A stretch of 35,444 nt of DNA, taken from IMG/VR virus record IMGVR_UViG_3300022695_000041, positions 1-35,444 of that record, one strand, 5' to 3'. Position 1 is the stretch's first letter; every line of letters begins with the position of its first letter. This document shows positions 1 to 8,657 of the stretch, piece by piece. Made by a program: the position numbers and the translations under genes. This DNA comes from a virus. Lineage: Duplodnaviria; Caudoviricetes. The notes under the pieces are model-generated. The model saw nothing but the letters and a program-made list of their open reading frames with translations. It did not search any database and had not been told where the DNA came from.

Positions 1-39
1 AGGGCAATGTCGGCGAATAACAGGGCGGTGATTAAAGCA

Positions 40-255
40 TTACGGGCGTGGAAGGTCATACTGAATGCCATCAATAATGTTATTCATCCACCTATCAAGT
101 ACTTTCATGTGTTTATTATGCGCCTCGATAGCTTTTTGTTTACACTGCCATATATACAAAACCTGCTGCTCTTTCTTAAACGGCATCAGCCTTTTCCTTT
201 CTGTCTCCGGCAAGCTATTCCTAAGATTACTATGTTCATTTGGTGGTATCTTCAT
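40..255 (-). CDS. hypothetical protein, last gene of leftward arm
   Basis: 71 aa ORF; ATGA overlap with the upstream gene at 252-255. Confidence 0.6.
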   Translation of the reverse strand: MKIPPNEHSNLRNSLPETERKRLMPFKKEQQVLYIWQCKQKAIEAHNKHMKVLDRWMNNIIDGIQYDLPRP

Positions 256-659
256 CCTATCACCTCCATCACAGCCGCACGCACGGCTTCTGTGTATGTT
301 TCAAACACTTCCGATTCCTTCATTATTCTCTGATCTTCCCATATCCAACCGGGCGGCGTGTAATCTGCATGGGTATGGGCTAGGCATATTTGATACTTCT
401 CCCCAAGCATTTTCACCACAGGAACGATTATGTCTGGGGCGGATAAGGTGAACTCGCCATCTTCGGTAAAAATTGCTTTTCCGTATTTTATTTTTCCGTC
501 TTCTGTCCATGTTGTTTCTACAAGCTGTGGGTGTTGCCCAAGTAACTTAGCCGCTGCCATATCTGCTTTTAGTTTATCACTCATAGTCTCTCCTCCTATT
601 TCTTCACATATCTCATCTGCATGCTCAAGGAAGTAAGATGGCTTGTGTATGTTACGCAT
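252..659 (-). CDS. hypothetical protein
   Basis: 135 aa ORF starting right after the previous stop (TAGATG). An in-frame ATG at 584 with AGGAGG upstream is an alternative start. Confidence 0.7.
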   Translation of the reverse strand: MRNIHKPSYFLEHADEICEEIGGETMSDKLKADMAAAKLLGQHPQLVETTWTEDGKIKYGKAIFTEDGEFTLSAPDIIVPVVKMLGEKYQICLAHTHADYTPPGWIWEDQRIMKESEVFETYTEAVRAAVMEVIG

Positions 660-845
660 CTATTCCAACTTCCTTGGTTCATCTCCCCACACCATAGGCT
701 TGCCAGTTAGCTTCTCTGCTGTGCCTTTTGGAACATTTGCAAAACCACTATGTACCTGCCAAACAGGCGTATTCTTGTTTTCAACGTATGGTTTGTACTC
801 TGAAATAATCTCACCGCCATCCTTATCTACTGCTATCCAAGCCAT
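660..845 (-). CDS. small phage hypothetical protein (MAWIAVDKDG...)
   Basis: 61 aa; strong SD AAAGGAGG; abuts its neighbours. Confidence 0.75.
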   Translation of the reverse strand: MAWIAVDKDGGEIISEYKPYVENKNTPVWQVHSGFANVPKGTAEKLTGKPMVWGDEPRKLE

Positions 846-1157
846 TTATTCCTCCTTTATAACTGCATCATAAGCACCAAGATTGTCGGCTATCATCATA
901 GCTATGTTAGCTACATCGGCTGCTTCTAACCTAACATCGTTCAAGGGAGCGCCTTCCACCTTATAAAGCATAACTGCCAGTGCTAGTTCTTCGCTTTCTT
1001 CGCGTAGTTTTCTAAGCAGAAACTGATGAGTACATGCAGGCTGTTTCCACCCACGCTTACCGCCCTCACTAGGCCAACCTTTCTTATCTGCATTGGCCTC
1101 TAACTTTTCCTGCATAGCGTCTGCCATAGCTATGACTGATGGATGATATTCGTTCAT
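846..1157 (-). CDS. MazG-like all-alpha NTP pyrophosphohydrolase-domain protein
   Basis: Motifs KLREESEELA and EAADVANIAMMIAD match the EExxE...ExxD pattern; SD AGGAGG. Confidence 0.6.
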   Translation of the reverse strand: MNEYHPSVIAMADAMQEKLEANADKKGWPSEGGKRGWKQPACTHQFLLRKLREESEELALAVMLYKVEGAPLNDVRLEAADVANIAMMIADNLGAYDAVIKEE

Positions 1158-1212
1158 CTATTCCTCCTCACCAATTATCTTTTATTGTACGTTTAGCCTT
1201 AAATGGTTTTGT

Positions 1213-1323
1213 TCAAGCCAACATATGCAGAAACAATATCCCCAAGCACACGATAGCAAACGAAAAACTAAGTATCAGCGTCACAACAGCAACACTTATT
1301 GCGGTATCAATTTTCTCTTGCAT
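1213..1323 (-). CDS. 36-aa membrane peptide (not in ORF track)
   Basis: Translated by hand: MQEKIDTAISVAVVTLILSFSFAIVCLGILFLHMLA; SD AAAGGAGG. Confidence 0.55.
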   Translation of the reverse strand: MQEKIDTAISVAVVTLILSFSFAIVCLGILFLHMLA

Positions 1324-1831
1324 CTATTCCTCCTTTGTCTTTACGGTAAGCCTGCCTTACTCCATTAAACACCCACCCTTTTGCGCTCTTAACCGATCCG
1401 CACTTCATTGCATATAGTCTATATCTTGAAATCATGTACCTATCTTCAAATTGAATAGCAGTTCCTTCAAATCTTCCGTGGAGTTCATTAGTAAGTGTGT
1501 ATATATCACCTTTATAGCACGGCCCGTTTACACCATGACGATCCCTCATTCTGCCCTTATTAATCATATCACGCATATTTTCTGTGTGAGTTCCAAGAAA
1601 TAGGTGGTCTGGATTGACGCATAACGGAGTGTCACATGTATGGCATACAAATAGCCCTTCTTTTATTGGGCCGTTGAAATACTCATAAGAAAACCTATGA
1701 GCACCTACCGTCTTACCGTTTAAGAAAAATCTTCCGTATTCTCCGTTATCTGATCACATCCATATATGGCAACCAGTTTCCGGTATTGGCATTACTTTAT
1801 CTGTAAATCTAGCGATTGTTGAATATTGCAT
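1307..1831 (-). pseudogene. HNH homing endonuclease 1 with in-frame TGA at codon 26
   Basis: ATG 1831 with SD GGAG gives MQYSTIARFTDKVMPIPETGCHIWM*SDNGEYGRF...AHRFSYE...VCHTCDTPLCVNPDHLFLGTHTENMRD, in frame with track ORF 1307..1576. The stop is at 1754-1756. Confidence 0.85.
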
Positions 1832-1935
1832 GATCTCTCCTATCAGGTAATTTCATCCTATCGCCGGGGGAGCAACCCGCCCGGCTCATCTGATAGGATG
1901 TTATCGCATTATACATTACCAAATATAAAAATCAA
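1829..1935 (-). promoter_or_regulatory. HNH-associated promoter plus structured leader, copy 1
   Basis: TTGATT-16-TATAAT-6-ACATCCTATCAGATGAGCCGGGCGGGTTGCTCCCCCGGCGATAGGATGAAATTACCTGATAGGAGAGATC-ATG; aligns with copies 2 and 3. Confidence 0.8.
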
Positions 1936-1938
1936 TCA

Positions 1939-2352
1939 TCAGAAGGGTATGCTTGAATTGTCAGCATTACCTTGAAACGGATCATTGTTCTTCTGTTTCT
2001 GTGCTGGCGCTTGCTGCGTTGCCTGCTGTTGCGGCCTTCCACCAAGCAACGCAACATCATCAACAATCAAATCCACAGACGTTTTCTCTGCGCCTTCCTT
2101 GTTCGTGTACTGGTTCACCTTCAACTCGCCGCTGACAGCTACTTGCTGACCTTTAACAAGGTACTGAATCAAGCCACCCTCTGCACGTTTCCCGAATAGG
2201 GTGCAGCGAAGCCATGATGTATGTTTATTTTCTCCCCACCCTGATTCAACGGGAATGGAAAATGTAGCTACTGCTGTCCCTGATTGAGTGCGCCTGATCT
2301 CGCAATCCAGGCCAAGGTTCCCGATTGCTGTCATGTTGTTTTTGATATTCAC
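1939..2352 (-). CDS. ssb: single-stranded DNA-binding protein
   Basis: IGNLG..., KGQQVAVSGEL, Q-rich linker and C-terminal IPF. Probable GTG start at 2352 overlapping the previous stop. Confidence 0.95.
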   Translation of the reverse strand: MNIKNNMTAIGNLGLDCEIRRTQSGTAVATFSIPVESGWGENKHTSWLRCTLFGKRAEGGLIQYLVKGQQVAVSGELKVNQYTNKEGAEKTSVDLIVDDVALLGGRPQQQATQQAPAQKQKNNDPFQGNADNSSIPF

Positions 2353-2492
2353 TTTTGCACTCCGCACACAGTGCAGCGAACCTTGCCCTTGCCGCTTCCA
2401 TCCTTCGGGCTACAATTATGCACCCGCTGGCCCTTGCCGTATTTCTTATCCTGATACTCATGTTTGCATGTGCAACTTCTAATTTCTGCCAT
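2349..2492 (-). CDS. 47-aa Cys/His Zn-ribbon-like protein
   Basis: ATG 2492 with SD AAAGGAG; motifs CTCKH...HN...CTVC. Confidence 0.7.
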   Translation of the reverse strand: MAEIRSCTCKHEYQDKKYGKGQRVHNCSPKDGSGKGKVRCTVCGVQK

Positions 2493-2596
2493 TGTTATTC
2501 TCCTTTGAATTGATGCTGGTATATTATGCGACCGCCAGCCCGGTGCTTCACTTCCGGCAAGGAAAGGAAGGGAGTGAACCCTGCCGGTGGAACTGG

Positions 2597-3364
2597 TTAC
2601 CCGCGCATTGACCATGCGGGAAGTGATAATCGTGTGACTCCATTAGGATCATTATATCCCGGCCAGTCGTCAAAGTCACGGCAGAGGATATATGTGTTCA
2701 GCCATGCGTCACGTTGTTCTAGTCCGCGATCTATAGCTTCCTGATCAAGGCGATAGCATTCGACAACATTGGTTTTCTTTTCTAATACAACAAATACAAA
2801 TTCATCAGCCTCGAATCCTTCCATGTAATGCGCAGCTTGAACATGATAGCTGAAATCAGCACATGACTTTGAGAACGCTCCCGGCGCTGCACAAGTCGTA
2901 GTTTTCAAATCGACGAGAATATCTGACACATAATCAGCCTTCGCCTTCAACTCCTCACCAGTCTTTTCATGCTTCCAGAACATTGCTCGCTCTGCCAAGC
3001 CTCCTGATAGCAGTTTAGAAGCCATAGGATGCGCGTGAACGGCTTTTTGTGCGTACATGGCGGCGTCATACTGCACTGGCGTGATAACCTCCTTATCGGC
3101 ATTATCTTCGCAGAACGCGGCCCATTCAGCTTTTCCGGCGTTTGTCCGCTTGTTTATCTCTGGTGCAACGATGTACCGGCTATCAAAAGCATCTGGCTCA
3201 AGCACAGCGCAGTGAATCATTGAGCCTTCGGCCATTGCCGGAGTCGATGGAAACGGCATCCGGCTTTTCATCGGGCAGTCCATGCGCGATAGCAATGATT
3301 TACTTATTGCGGGGCTGGCGAAATACTCGTCATCTGGCATGCTTATACCTTCACGCATCTGCAA
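2597..3364 (-). CDS. PD-(D/E)XK exonuclease, RecE/ExoVIII C-terminal-like (DUF3799 type)
   Basis: ISKSLL, GSMIHCAVLEP, KRTNAGK, KAKAD...VDLKTT, YHVQAAHY and C-terminal WPGY...LPAW. Confidence 0.9.
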   Translation of the reverse strand: MQMREGISMPDDEYFASPAISKSLLSRMDCPMKSRMPFPSTPAMAEGSMIHCAVLEPDAFDSRYIVAPEINKRTNAGKAEWAAFCEDNADKEVITPVQYDAAMYAQKAVHAHPMASKLLSGGLAERAMFWKHEKTGEELKAKADYVSDILVDLKTTTCAAPGAFSKSCADFSYHVQAAHYMEGFEADEFVFVVLEKKTNVVECYRLDQEAIDRGLEQRDAWLNTYILCRDFDDWPGYNDPNGVTRLSLPAWSMRG

Positions 3365-4046
3365 ACTCCTGCTTACGCTGGTTTATGAGCGTGGCGTATT
3401 TGGCATTACGCCCGCACTCCTTATCCCATACAGCTTTCAGCTCTTCCATGTTGGACGCTTTTTTAATGGCCTCGGCAACGGAAACAACACCCTCGACTTC
3501 ATTCGCTGCATTCCCGTCATCGTCTGATTCATCTGCGGACGCAAGCCCAAGAATTGACGACAATGTATATCGTTGCAGATATGTCACAGCCGAACCGATA
3601 GCCTGTATGCTGTTCTTACTCCCTGATTTGTCCGGCTCTGAAAACAATGTCGTGGACTCTGAATGTCCGAGCGTATGTGTTACCCTGCAAGTCACTGAAA
3701 CCGCGCCTGACGCTTGATCTGTAGTCCATGAATGCGACAATCCGCAAGCCTCAAGGTGTGGCTTGATCTGTTCAATCGTTTCAGCCAGTCCAGCGTATTT
3801 GCTGTTATGCGCCTGCTTTGTCTTTTTAATCACCGGACACTCAGCCCGAAACTTCGACATGGCCTGATTGTAAGCCTTGCGTGCTTCATTCGCTTCCCAC
3901 TGTTGTTGTAACTGCCACAGCTTTTCCAGCTTATCAACATCGGCATTTTGATTCATGGCCACTTCAATTAGTGCCATTGGTGTTACTGCCTGGCCTGTTA
4001 TCTGCCGGACTTCACCTACTTCGACTTTCTTAACTGCTGTACTCAT
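3351..4046 (-). CDS. erf: ERF family ssDNA annealing protein
   Basis: KYAGL and GSAVTYLQRYTLSSILGL...DDDGN, the ERF signature; adjacent to the exonuclease and SSB genes. Confidence 0.9.
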   Translation of the reverse strand: MSTAVKKVEVGEVRQITGQAVTPMALIEVAMNQNADVDKLEKLWQLQQQWEANEARKAYNQAMSKFRAECPVIKKTKQAHNSKYAGLAETIEQIKPHLEACGLSHSWTTDQASGAVSVTCRVTHTLGHSESTTLFSEPDKSGSKNSIQAIGSAVTYLQRYTLSSILGLASADESDDDGNAANEVEGVVSVAEAIKKASNMEELKAVWDKECGRNAKYATLINQRKQEFADA

Positions 4047-4180
4047 TATAAACCCCCATTGTAAAAATCATCGTCGCTTTCAATATCAGTAATGTCATGG
4101 CCTCTGTCCATATATCCGGCAATCAACATCACACCCACAAGACCGAACGTAAGAGCAATTATCCATAGTCCTATGCTCAT
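4046..4180 (-). CDS. 44-aa single-TM protein with acidic tail (not in track)
   Basis: MSIGLWIIALTFGLVGVMLIAGYMDRGHDITDIESDDDFYNGGL; TAATG overlap with erf. Confidence 0.6.
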   Translation of the reverse strand: MSIGLWIIALTFGLVGVMLIAGYMDRGHDITDIESDDDFYNGGL

Positions 4181-4281
4181 AACCTTGTCCTCTCTATAGC
4201 TACCATCTGGCCGCTTTTCAGCGTTATGATAGCGTATGATGTGCGGTGGCGCAGTAACCTCCTCAGAATTGATTTAATCAT
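4177..4281 (-). CDS. 34-aa basic hypothetical protein (not in track)
   Basis: ATGA overlaps at both ends fill the gap exactly. Confidence 0.45.
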   Translation of the reverse strand: MIKSILRRLLRHRTSYAIITLKSGQMVAIERTRL

Positions 4282-4544
4282 GCCGTTATAGCCATTAGCG
4301 ATTGAATATCTTCTTCAATCTTTTCCAGCCTAACTTGAGCATCGGCTTTAACTTTTTCGGACTCTGATTTCAATGATGCAACTTTAATATCCCTGATTTC
4401 AATGTCCGAAGGCATATCAAATTCAGCTTCAACTTCGACTTCACCCAATGCCACGCAATACTTCTCATCCTTTGTGGCATATGATTGCATAGCTGGTTCC
4501 CTGTCAAACCATTTCACAATATACATTTTCTGTTTAATTTTCAT
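4278..4544 (-). CDS. hypothetical protein with C-terminal coiled coil
   Basis: 88 aa; SD AAGGGAG; ATGA overlap. Confidence 0.75.
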   Translation of the reverse strand: MKIKQKMYIVKWFDREPAMQSYATKDEKYCVALGEVEVEAEFDMPSDIEIRDIKVASLKSESEKVKADAQVRLEKIEEDIQSLMAITA

Positions 4545-4852
4545 TTGTTATTCTCCCTTAATTCTACAAGCTGTTCATCACGGAACCGCTCGTATTCGTA
4601 ATCAGCCTTTTCAGCTTCTGCATCTTCCACCTGCTGCTGAAAGTCGGCTTCGGCTTCATCCATAAACCAATCCATATCATCCTCGGAAACGTCGCCGGTT
4701 ATGTTATGCGTGCCGAAAAGGATTACTTTGATAATCTCCAGTTCAGCGTTTTCCTCTGGATCAGTGCGTGTCGCTGGCATGAATTTACCATGCACTTGAT
4801 AATGCACAGTTATCGGCCAGTCGTTTTCGTTGTGAATTGTAAACTCATACAT
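4541..4852 (-). CDS. acidic hypothetical protein, first gene of leftward arm
   Basis: 103 aa; SD AAAAGGGAG. Confidence 0.75.
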   Translation of the reverse strand: MYEFTIHNENDWPITVHYQVHGKFMPATRTDPEENAELEIIKVILFGTHNITGDVSEDDMDWFMDEAEADFQQQVEDAEAEKADYEYERFRDEQLVELRENNK

Positions 4853-4937
4853 AGATTATACTCCCTTTTATCATCTGCCCTGCACCATAGTCACCCGGTT
4901 AGTGGTATCGTGGCCGTAGGTGCTGCTGACAAACCGA

Positions 4938-4966
4938 ACCGTAAACCCATCGAAAGGGAATGTCAA
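4938..4966 (-). promoter_or_regulatory. leftward sigma70-like promoter (pL-like)
   Basis: TTGACA(4966-4961)-17-TACGGT(4943-4938). Confidence 0.65.
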
Positions 4967-4972
4967 GCGATA

Positions 4973-5001
4973 TTGACGCTGGTGATTATTTATGATACGA
5001 T
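4973..5001 (+). promoter_or_regulatory. rightward sigma70-like promoter (pR-like)
   Basis: TTGACG-17-TACGAT with TGn extension, upstream of the Cro-like gene. Confidence 0.7.
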
Positions 5002-5019
5002 TCGGCCAAGGAGATTACT

Positions 5020-5217
5020 ATGGAAAAAGAAACTATTTGGCAGCGGCGTATAAAATCATTAGCAGAGAAAGGATTTAGCCAATCCGATATTGCCTTGCAA
5101 GTTGGCTGTACGCGGGCAGCTATCTCATTGCTCGCCCTGGGTGATACGATAACACCATCATATAAAATCGGTGTGGGAATAAACTCGCTTTGCGTCAGGG
5201 AGGCTATTGATGAATAG
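5020..5217 (+). CDS. Cro-like XRE helix-turn-helix regulator
   Basis: GFSQSDIALQVGCTRAAISLL...PSY; 65 aa; SD GGAG; first rightward gene. Confidence 0.8.
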   Translation: MEKETIWQRRIKSLAEKGFSQSDIALQVGCTRAAISLLALGDTITPSYKIGVGINSLCVREAIDE

Positions 5218-5228
5218 GGGTATTTATT

Positions 5229-5489
5229 ATGAAAGTATTATTACATGAATTAAGGCCGGTGGCGCGGAAAGAGTATCGCTGCATGGCGTATGATATTATC
5301 GACGACTACAGCGAATTTACCCATGATGAATTAAAAGCATATGCTCGGATGAAACGGAATGGCGGCATGATTCAGAAAGGCGAGCGGTATCTTCGGCAAT
5401 CATGTGTCAGGGATGGCGAGGTTTACGAATGGATAGCAAACATTGAAATGCATAATATTTGCATAAAGGATGATTTGTATGATGAATAA
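5229..5489 (+). CDS. phage hypothetical protein
   Basis: 86 aa; ARKEYRC...IQKGERY pattern. Confidence 0.75.
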   Translation: MKVLLHELRPVARKEYRCMAYDIIDDYSEFTHDELKAYARMKRNGGMIQKGERYLRQSCVRDGEVYEWIANIEMHNICIKDDLYDE

Positions 5490-5499
5490 ACATTTGCAC

Positions 5500-5621
5500 T
5501 TGACTCCCCGCTATCCTTGCCTAGAGTGCTGATGTCACTCATCCCTACATGGGGCATCATGGGGCTTCTTGCCCCGCCCCTGAAAGGGTGCTTTGACTGA
5601 CTAGGCGGGGAGAGTGACATC
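5500..5621 (+). promoter_or_regulatory. putative promoter plus multi-stem structured leader upstream of primase
   Basis: TTGACT-16-TAGAGT, then a 10-bp inverted repeat GATGTCACTC(5531-5540)/GAGTGACATC(5612-5621) enclosing GGGGC-TTCTT-GCCCC and CCC-TGAAA-GGG. Confidence 0.5.
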
Positions 5622-5652
5622 ACCTGCCAACGAATTAAAATAAAAGCGTTTC

Positions 5653-7044
5653 ATGGCGCGGGACGAGTGTGTCTTGAGAACGGCAGGAGAAGTAGTGGAG
5701 ATACAAGCACAAACAATAAACAGCAGAGATATTATAACAGAGTATTTACGATCACACAATGCACACGCAACGATAATTTGGCAGTGGGCAATGTCAAAAC
5801 CAAGTAACTGGGCTTTTAGGCGCGATGACATACTTGGCAGCCTTGCAGTACCAAGGCGAGCATATAAACAAGCTGGCGACCTTCTGAGAAGCCTTGGCTT
5901 AATGAAAACAATCACAACCACCGCACCGGATGAAAGCAACCCCCAAGTAAAAACAATTAAATCCTCACAAATAATTTTCTTCGACTACCCACGCAATGAG
6001 TTCTGGAAAGGTGAAAAATCACGACAAACTTTTATCCCTATTCCCGCACTACAGGAAGGGTCAATCATGCAAAAAACTTTACATAATACTGAAAAACCAT
6101 CAAAAAACGTTGAAAGTACACCGAATTGCACAGGGTGTGAAAATATAGATCATCATGTTATAACAGATAATACTGTTCTTGAAGTCCACGAGGCTATCCC
6201 ACAATGTGAGTGCGTGAATAACTTGAACGGAATGGAGCAGCGCATGATGTTTGCTGAACAGTTTGAAGGCAACATGATATGGCAGACGTTTGATGACAAT
6301 TCAGACAGGCGGGATGGAAACCTGACGAGAGTATTTCAGGGCGGGATATGGGATGTTCAGGACACGCTGGAATCATTGAACAAGCGTGGTGCCGGAATCT
6401 TCATGGCAGTGAATGAGATGAAGGGCGAAAAGAGAGGGAATGCCGAAACTAAGCGAGTGCGATACCTTGTTGCTGACTTTGATGGCGTTGATCCACGGAA
6501 GGCATTTACTGACAAGCCGCATATCATTGTTGAATCAAGCAAAGGTAAGTTTCACTGTTATTGGAAAATATGCGACTGCCCACCTGATGCTTACCAGAGA
6601 CTCCAGAAATCAATTATCAGGAAATACGGAAGTGATAAAGCAGTGAGCGACTTGGCGAGGGTGTTGAGGGTGCCGGGCTTTATTCACCAAAAAGCGAAAG
6701 GTGGTGAATCATCAGCACCGTTTGAAACGAAACTACACTATGTCGGAAGTCATCCACCGCTAACATATTGTGACGCAATCGAACTATTCCCGCCCGAACA
6801 GGTTAAACAATGGAGTGCGCCAAAATATCGGACGGATACAGGTGGCGAGTTCAAGGGCGAATACGGAGTAAGCGAGGGCGGAAGAAACGATCACATAGCA
6901 AGGCGTATTGGAGGAATGTTAAAGCGAGGGCTTGATTGGCTGACGATTGAGCACGAAGCCATGAAAGAGGCTCAAGCATGCAGTCCACCGCTTTCCGAAC
7001 GTGAAACAATGTCGATAATCAATTCAATGAGGCGCTACGCATGA
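5653..7044 (+). CDS. RepB-type AEP DNA primase with PriCT-1-like C-terminus and N-terminal wHTH-like extension
   Basis: ADFDG, IVESSKGKFHCYW, SDLARVLRVPGF, and EGGRNDH...PPLSERE. Confidence 0.85.
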   Translation: MARDECVLRTAGEVVEIQAQTINSRDIITEYLRSHNAHATIIWQWAMSKPSNWAFRRDDILGSLAVPRRAYKQAGDLLRSLGLMKTITTTAPDESNPQVKTIKSSQIIFFDYPRNEFWKGEKSRQTFIPIPALQEGSIMQKTLHNTEKPSKNVESTPNCTGCENIDHHVITDNTVLEVHEAIPQCECVNNLNGMEQRMMFAEQFEGNMIWQTFDDNSDRRDGNLTRVFQGGIWDVQDTLESLNKRGAGIFMAVNEMKGEKRGNAETKRVRYLVADFDGVDPRKAFTDKPHIIVESSKGKFHCYWKICDCPPDAYQRLQKSIIRKYGSDKAVSDLARVLRVPGFIHQKAKGGESSAPFETKLHYVGSHPPLTYCDAIELFPPEQVKQWSAPKYRTDTGGEFKGEYGVSEGGRNDHIARRIGGMLKRGLDWLTIEHEAMKEAQACSPPLSERETMSIINSMRRYA

Positions 7045-8657
7045 ACACATTGAAGCTACGCGACTATCAAGAACATTCACTACAACTACTACGCCAAGCA
7101 TTCAGCCAAGGTCATAAAAGGGTGGTGCTACAGCTTGCAACAGGTGCCGGGAAAACAGAATGCGCCTGCCAGATCATACTGAACGCATTATCGAGGGGGA
7201 AAAGGGTTGTGTTCACTGTGAATAAGATTGTGCTTTGTGAGCAGGCAAGCGCAAGGCTGGATAAATATGAAGTTCCTCATGGAATTTACCAAGCGAACAA
7301 TGAACGATGGAACCCGGAACAGCCATGCCAAGTGGCAAGCGTTCAAACACTACTACGCAGAAAAACACTTGAGGAAGTTGATATTTGCATAGTCGATGAA
7401 TGCCATTGCCATGCAAAAGCATTGGAAAAACTGGCTGTATATAACCCTGACTGTTTATTCATCGGATTGAGCGCAACACCCTATAGCAAACTTGCGCCAT
7501 GGTGGCAGAAATTAGTCACTGGTGTTACAATGCAATATCTGATGGATACCGGACACTTGGTAAAATATGATGTATTCGCTGCGCCTTGTGCTGATCTTAG
7601 CGGCGTAAAAATAGTAGCAGGCGAATTTCACCAAGGTCAGCTTGCAGAGGCAACAGACAAACCAAAACTTACAGGCGACGTTGTTTCTACATATCAGAAA
7701 ATAGGCCAAGGTAAACAGGGTATAATTTTTGCATGCAATAGGGCGCACGCGAAACATATCGCTAATGAATTTAATCGACGTGGCATACCCGCTGAAAGTA
7801 TAGACTGCTATTCCAAGCCGGAAGAAAGAGAAAACATGATTGACGCATTCAATTCGTGTGAGTTGAGAATACTTGTTTCGATTCAAGTCTTAACGACAGG
7901 ATTTGATGCCCCTATTGCTGGTTATGCTGGGCTTGCATGTGCAACAAAGTCGAGAATAAAGATGGCACAGGCGCTTGGCCGCGTACTTCGGCCATGTGTA
8001 GGAAAAGACAAAGCCATAGTCGCTGACCACGGGCAGAACTGTGAACGGCTCGGCTTTCCAGAGGACTGGAACGATACAGAGTTGGATGACGGCAAACGCC
8101 AAAAGCAATCAAAAACAAAAGAACGTGAAGCGCCACAGCCGAAAGCCTGCCCTTCATGCGATTACATAAAACCGGCTGGACGTCACAAATGCCCTGCATG
8201 CGGGTTTGCTCCAGAAAATATCCGTGATGTTGAGTTTGAAGCTGGTGAACTTGTGCGAATCCAGAAAAGATCACGCAAGCAATACAGCACAGCAGAAAAG
8301 CAGGAGTTCCTGGATGGGCTGAATAAATACGCCAAGGACAAAGGATACCGAAAAGGAAAGGGCGCTTATGGATGGAGCCTTCACGCATATCAGGATAAGT
8401 TCGGATGCTCCCCGTCAAACAAAATGGATTGGGGAAGTGTTGGCCCGATCACGGATGAAGTGAGAAACTGGATACAGCACAAAAACATAGCGTTCGCAAA
8501 AAGTAAGCCAAAGGACGGCAATACTATCAAGCCATGTAAGAAATGCGGCTCGACAAGGTGGAAACGTGGGGAACCTGTTGCACCACACGGAAACAAGCGC
8601 CTTTGCGAGAATAATCACTTTTGCGGGTTTTATAAGAAAGAATTGACGTGTAGCTAA
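7041..8657 (+). CDS. SF2 DExH helicase with Zn finger (RadD/YejH-like)
   Basis: LRDYQ, ATGAGKT, DECH, SAT, TGFD, QALGRVLR, CPSC...CPAC. Confidence 0.95.
   Translation: MNTLKLRDYQEHSLQLLRQAFSQGHKRVVLQLATGAGKTECACQIILNALSRGKRVVFTVNKIVLCEQASARLDKYEVPHGIYQANNERWNPEQPCQVASVQTLLRRKTLEEVDICIVDECHCHAKALEKLAVYNPDCLFIGLSATPYSKLAPWWQKLVTGVTMQYLMDTGHLVKYDVFAAPCADLSGVKIVAGEFHQGQLAEATDKPKLTGDVVSTYQKIGQGKQGIIFACNRAHAKHIANEFNRRGIPAESIDCYSKPEERENMIDAFNSCELRILVSIQVLTTGFDAPIAGYAGLACATKSRIKMAQALGRVLRPCVGKDKAIVADHGQNCERLGFPEDWNDTELDDGKRQKQSKTKEREAPQPKACPSCDYIKPAGRHKCPACGFAPENIRDVEFEAGELVRIQKRSRKQYSTAEKQEFLDGLNKYAKDKGYRKGKGAYGWSLHAYQDKFGCSPSNKMDWGSVGPITDEVRNWIQHKNIAFAKSKPKDGNTIKPCKKCGSTRWKRGEPVAPHGNKRLCENNHFCGFYKKELTCS

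Noticed and set aside
1754-1756. Genome-wide TGA recoding (code 4 or 25)
   Set aside because: Many genes end at TGA with ATGA coupling (e.g. primase, terL) and the long genes are intact under code 11.
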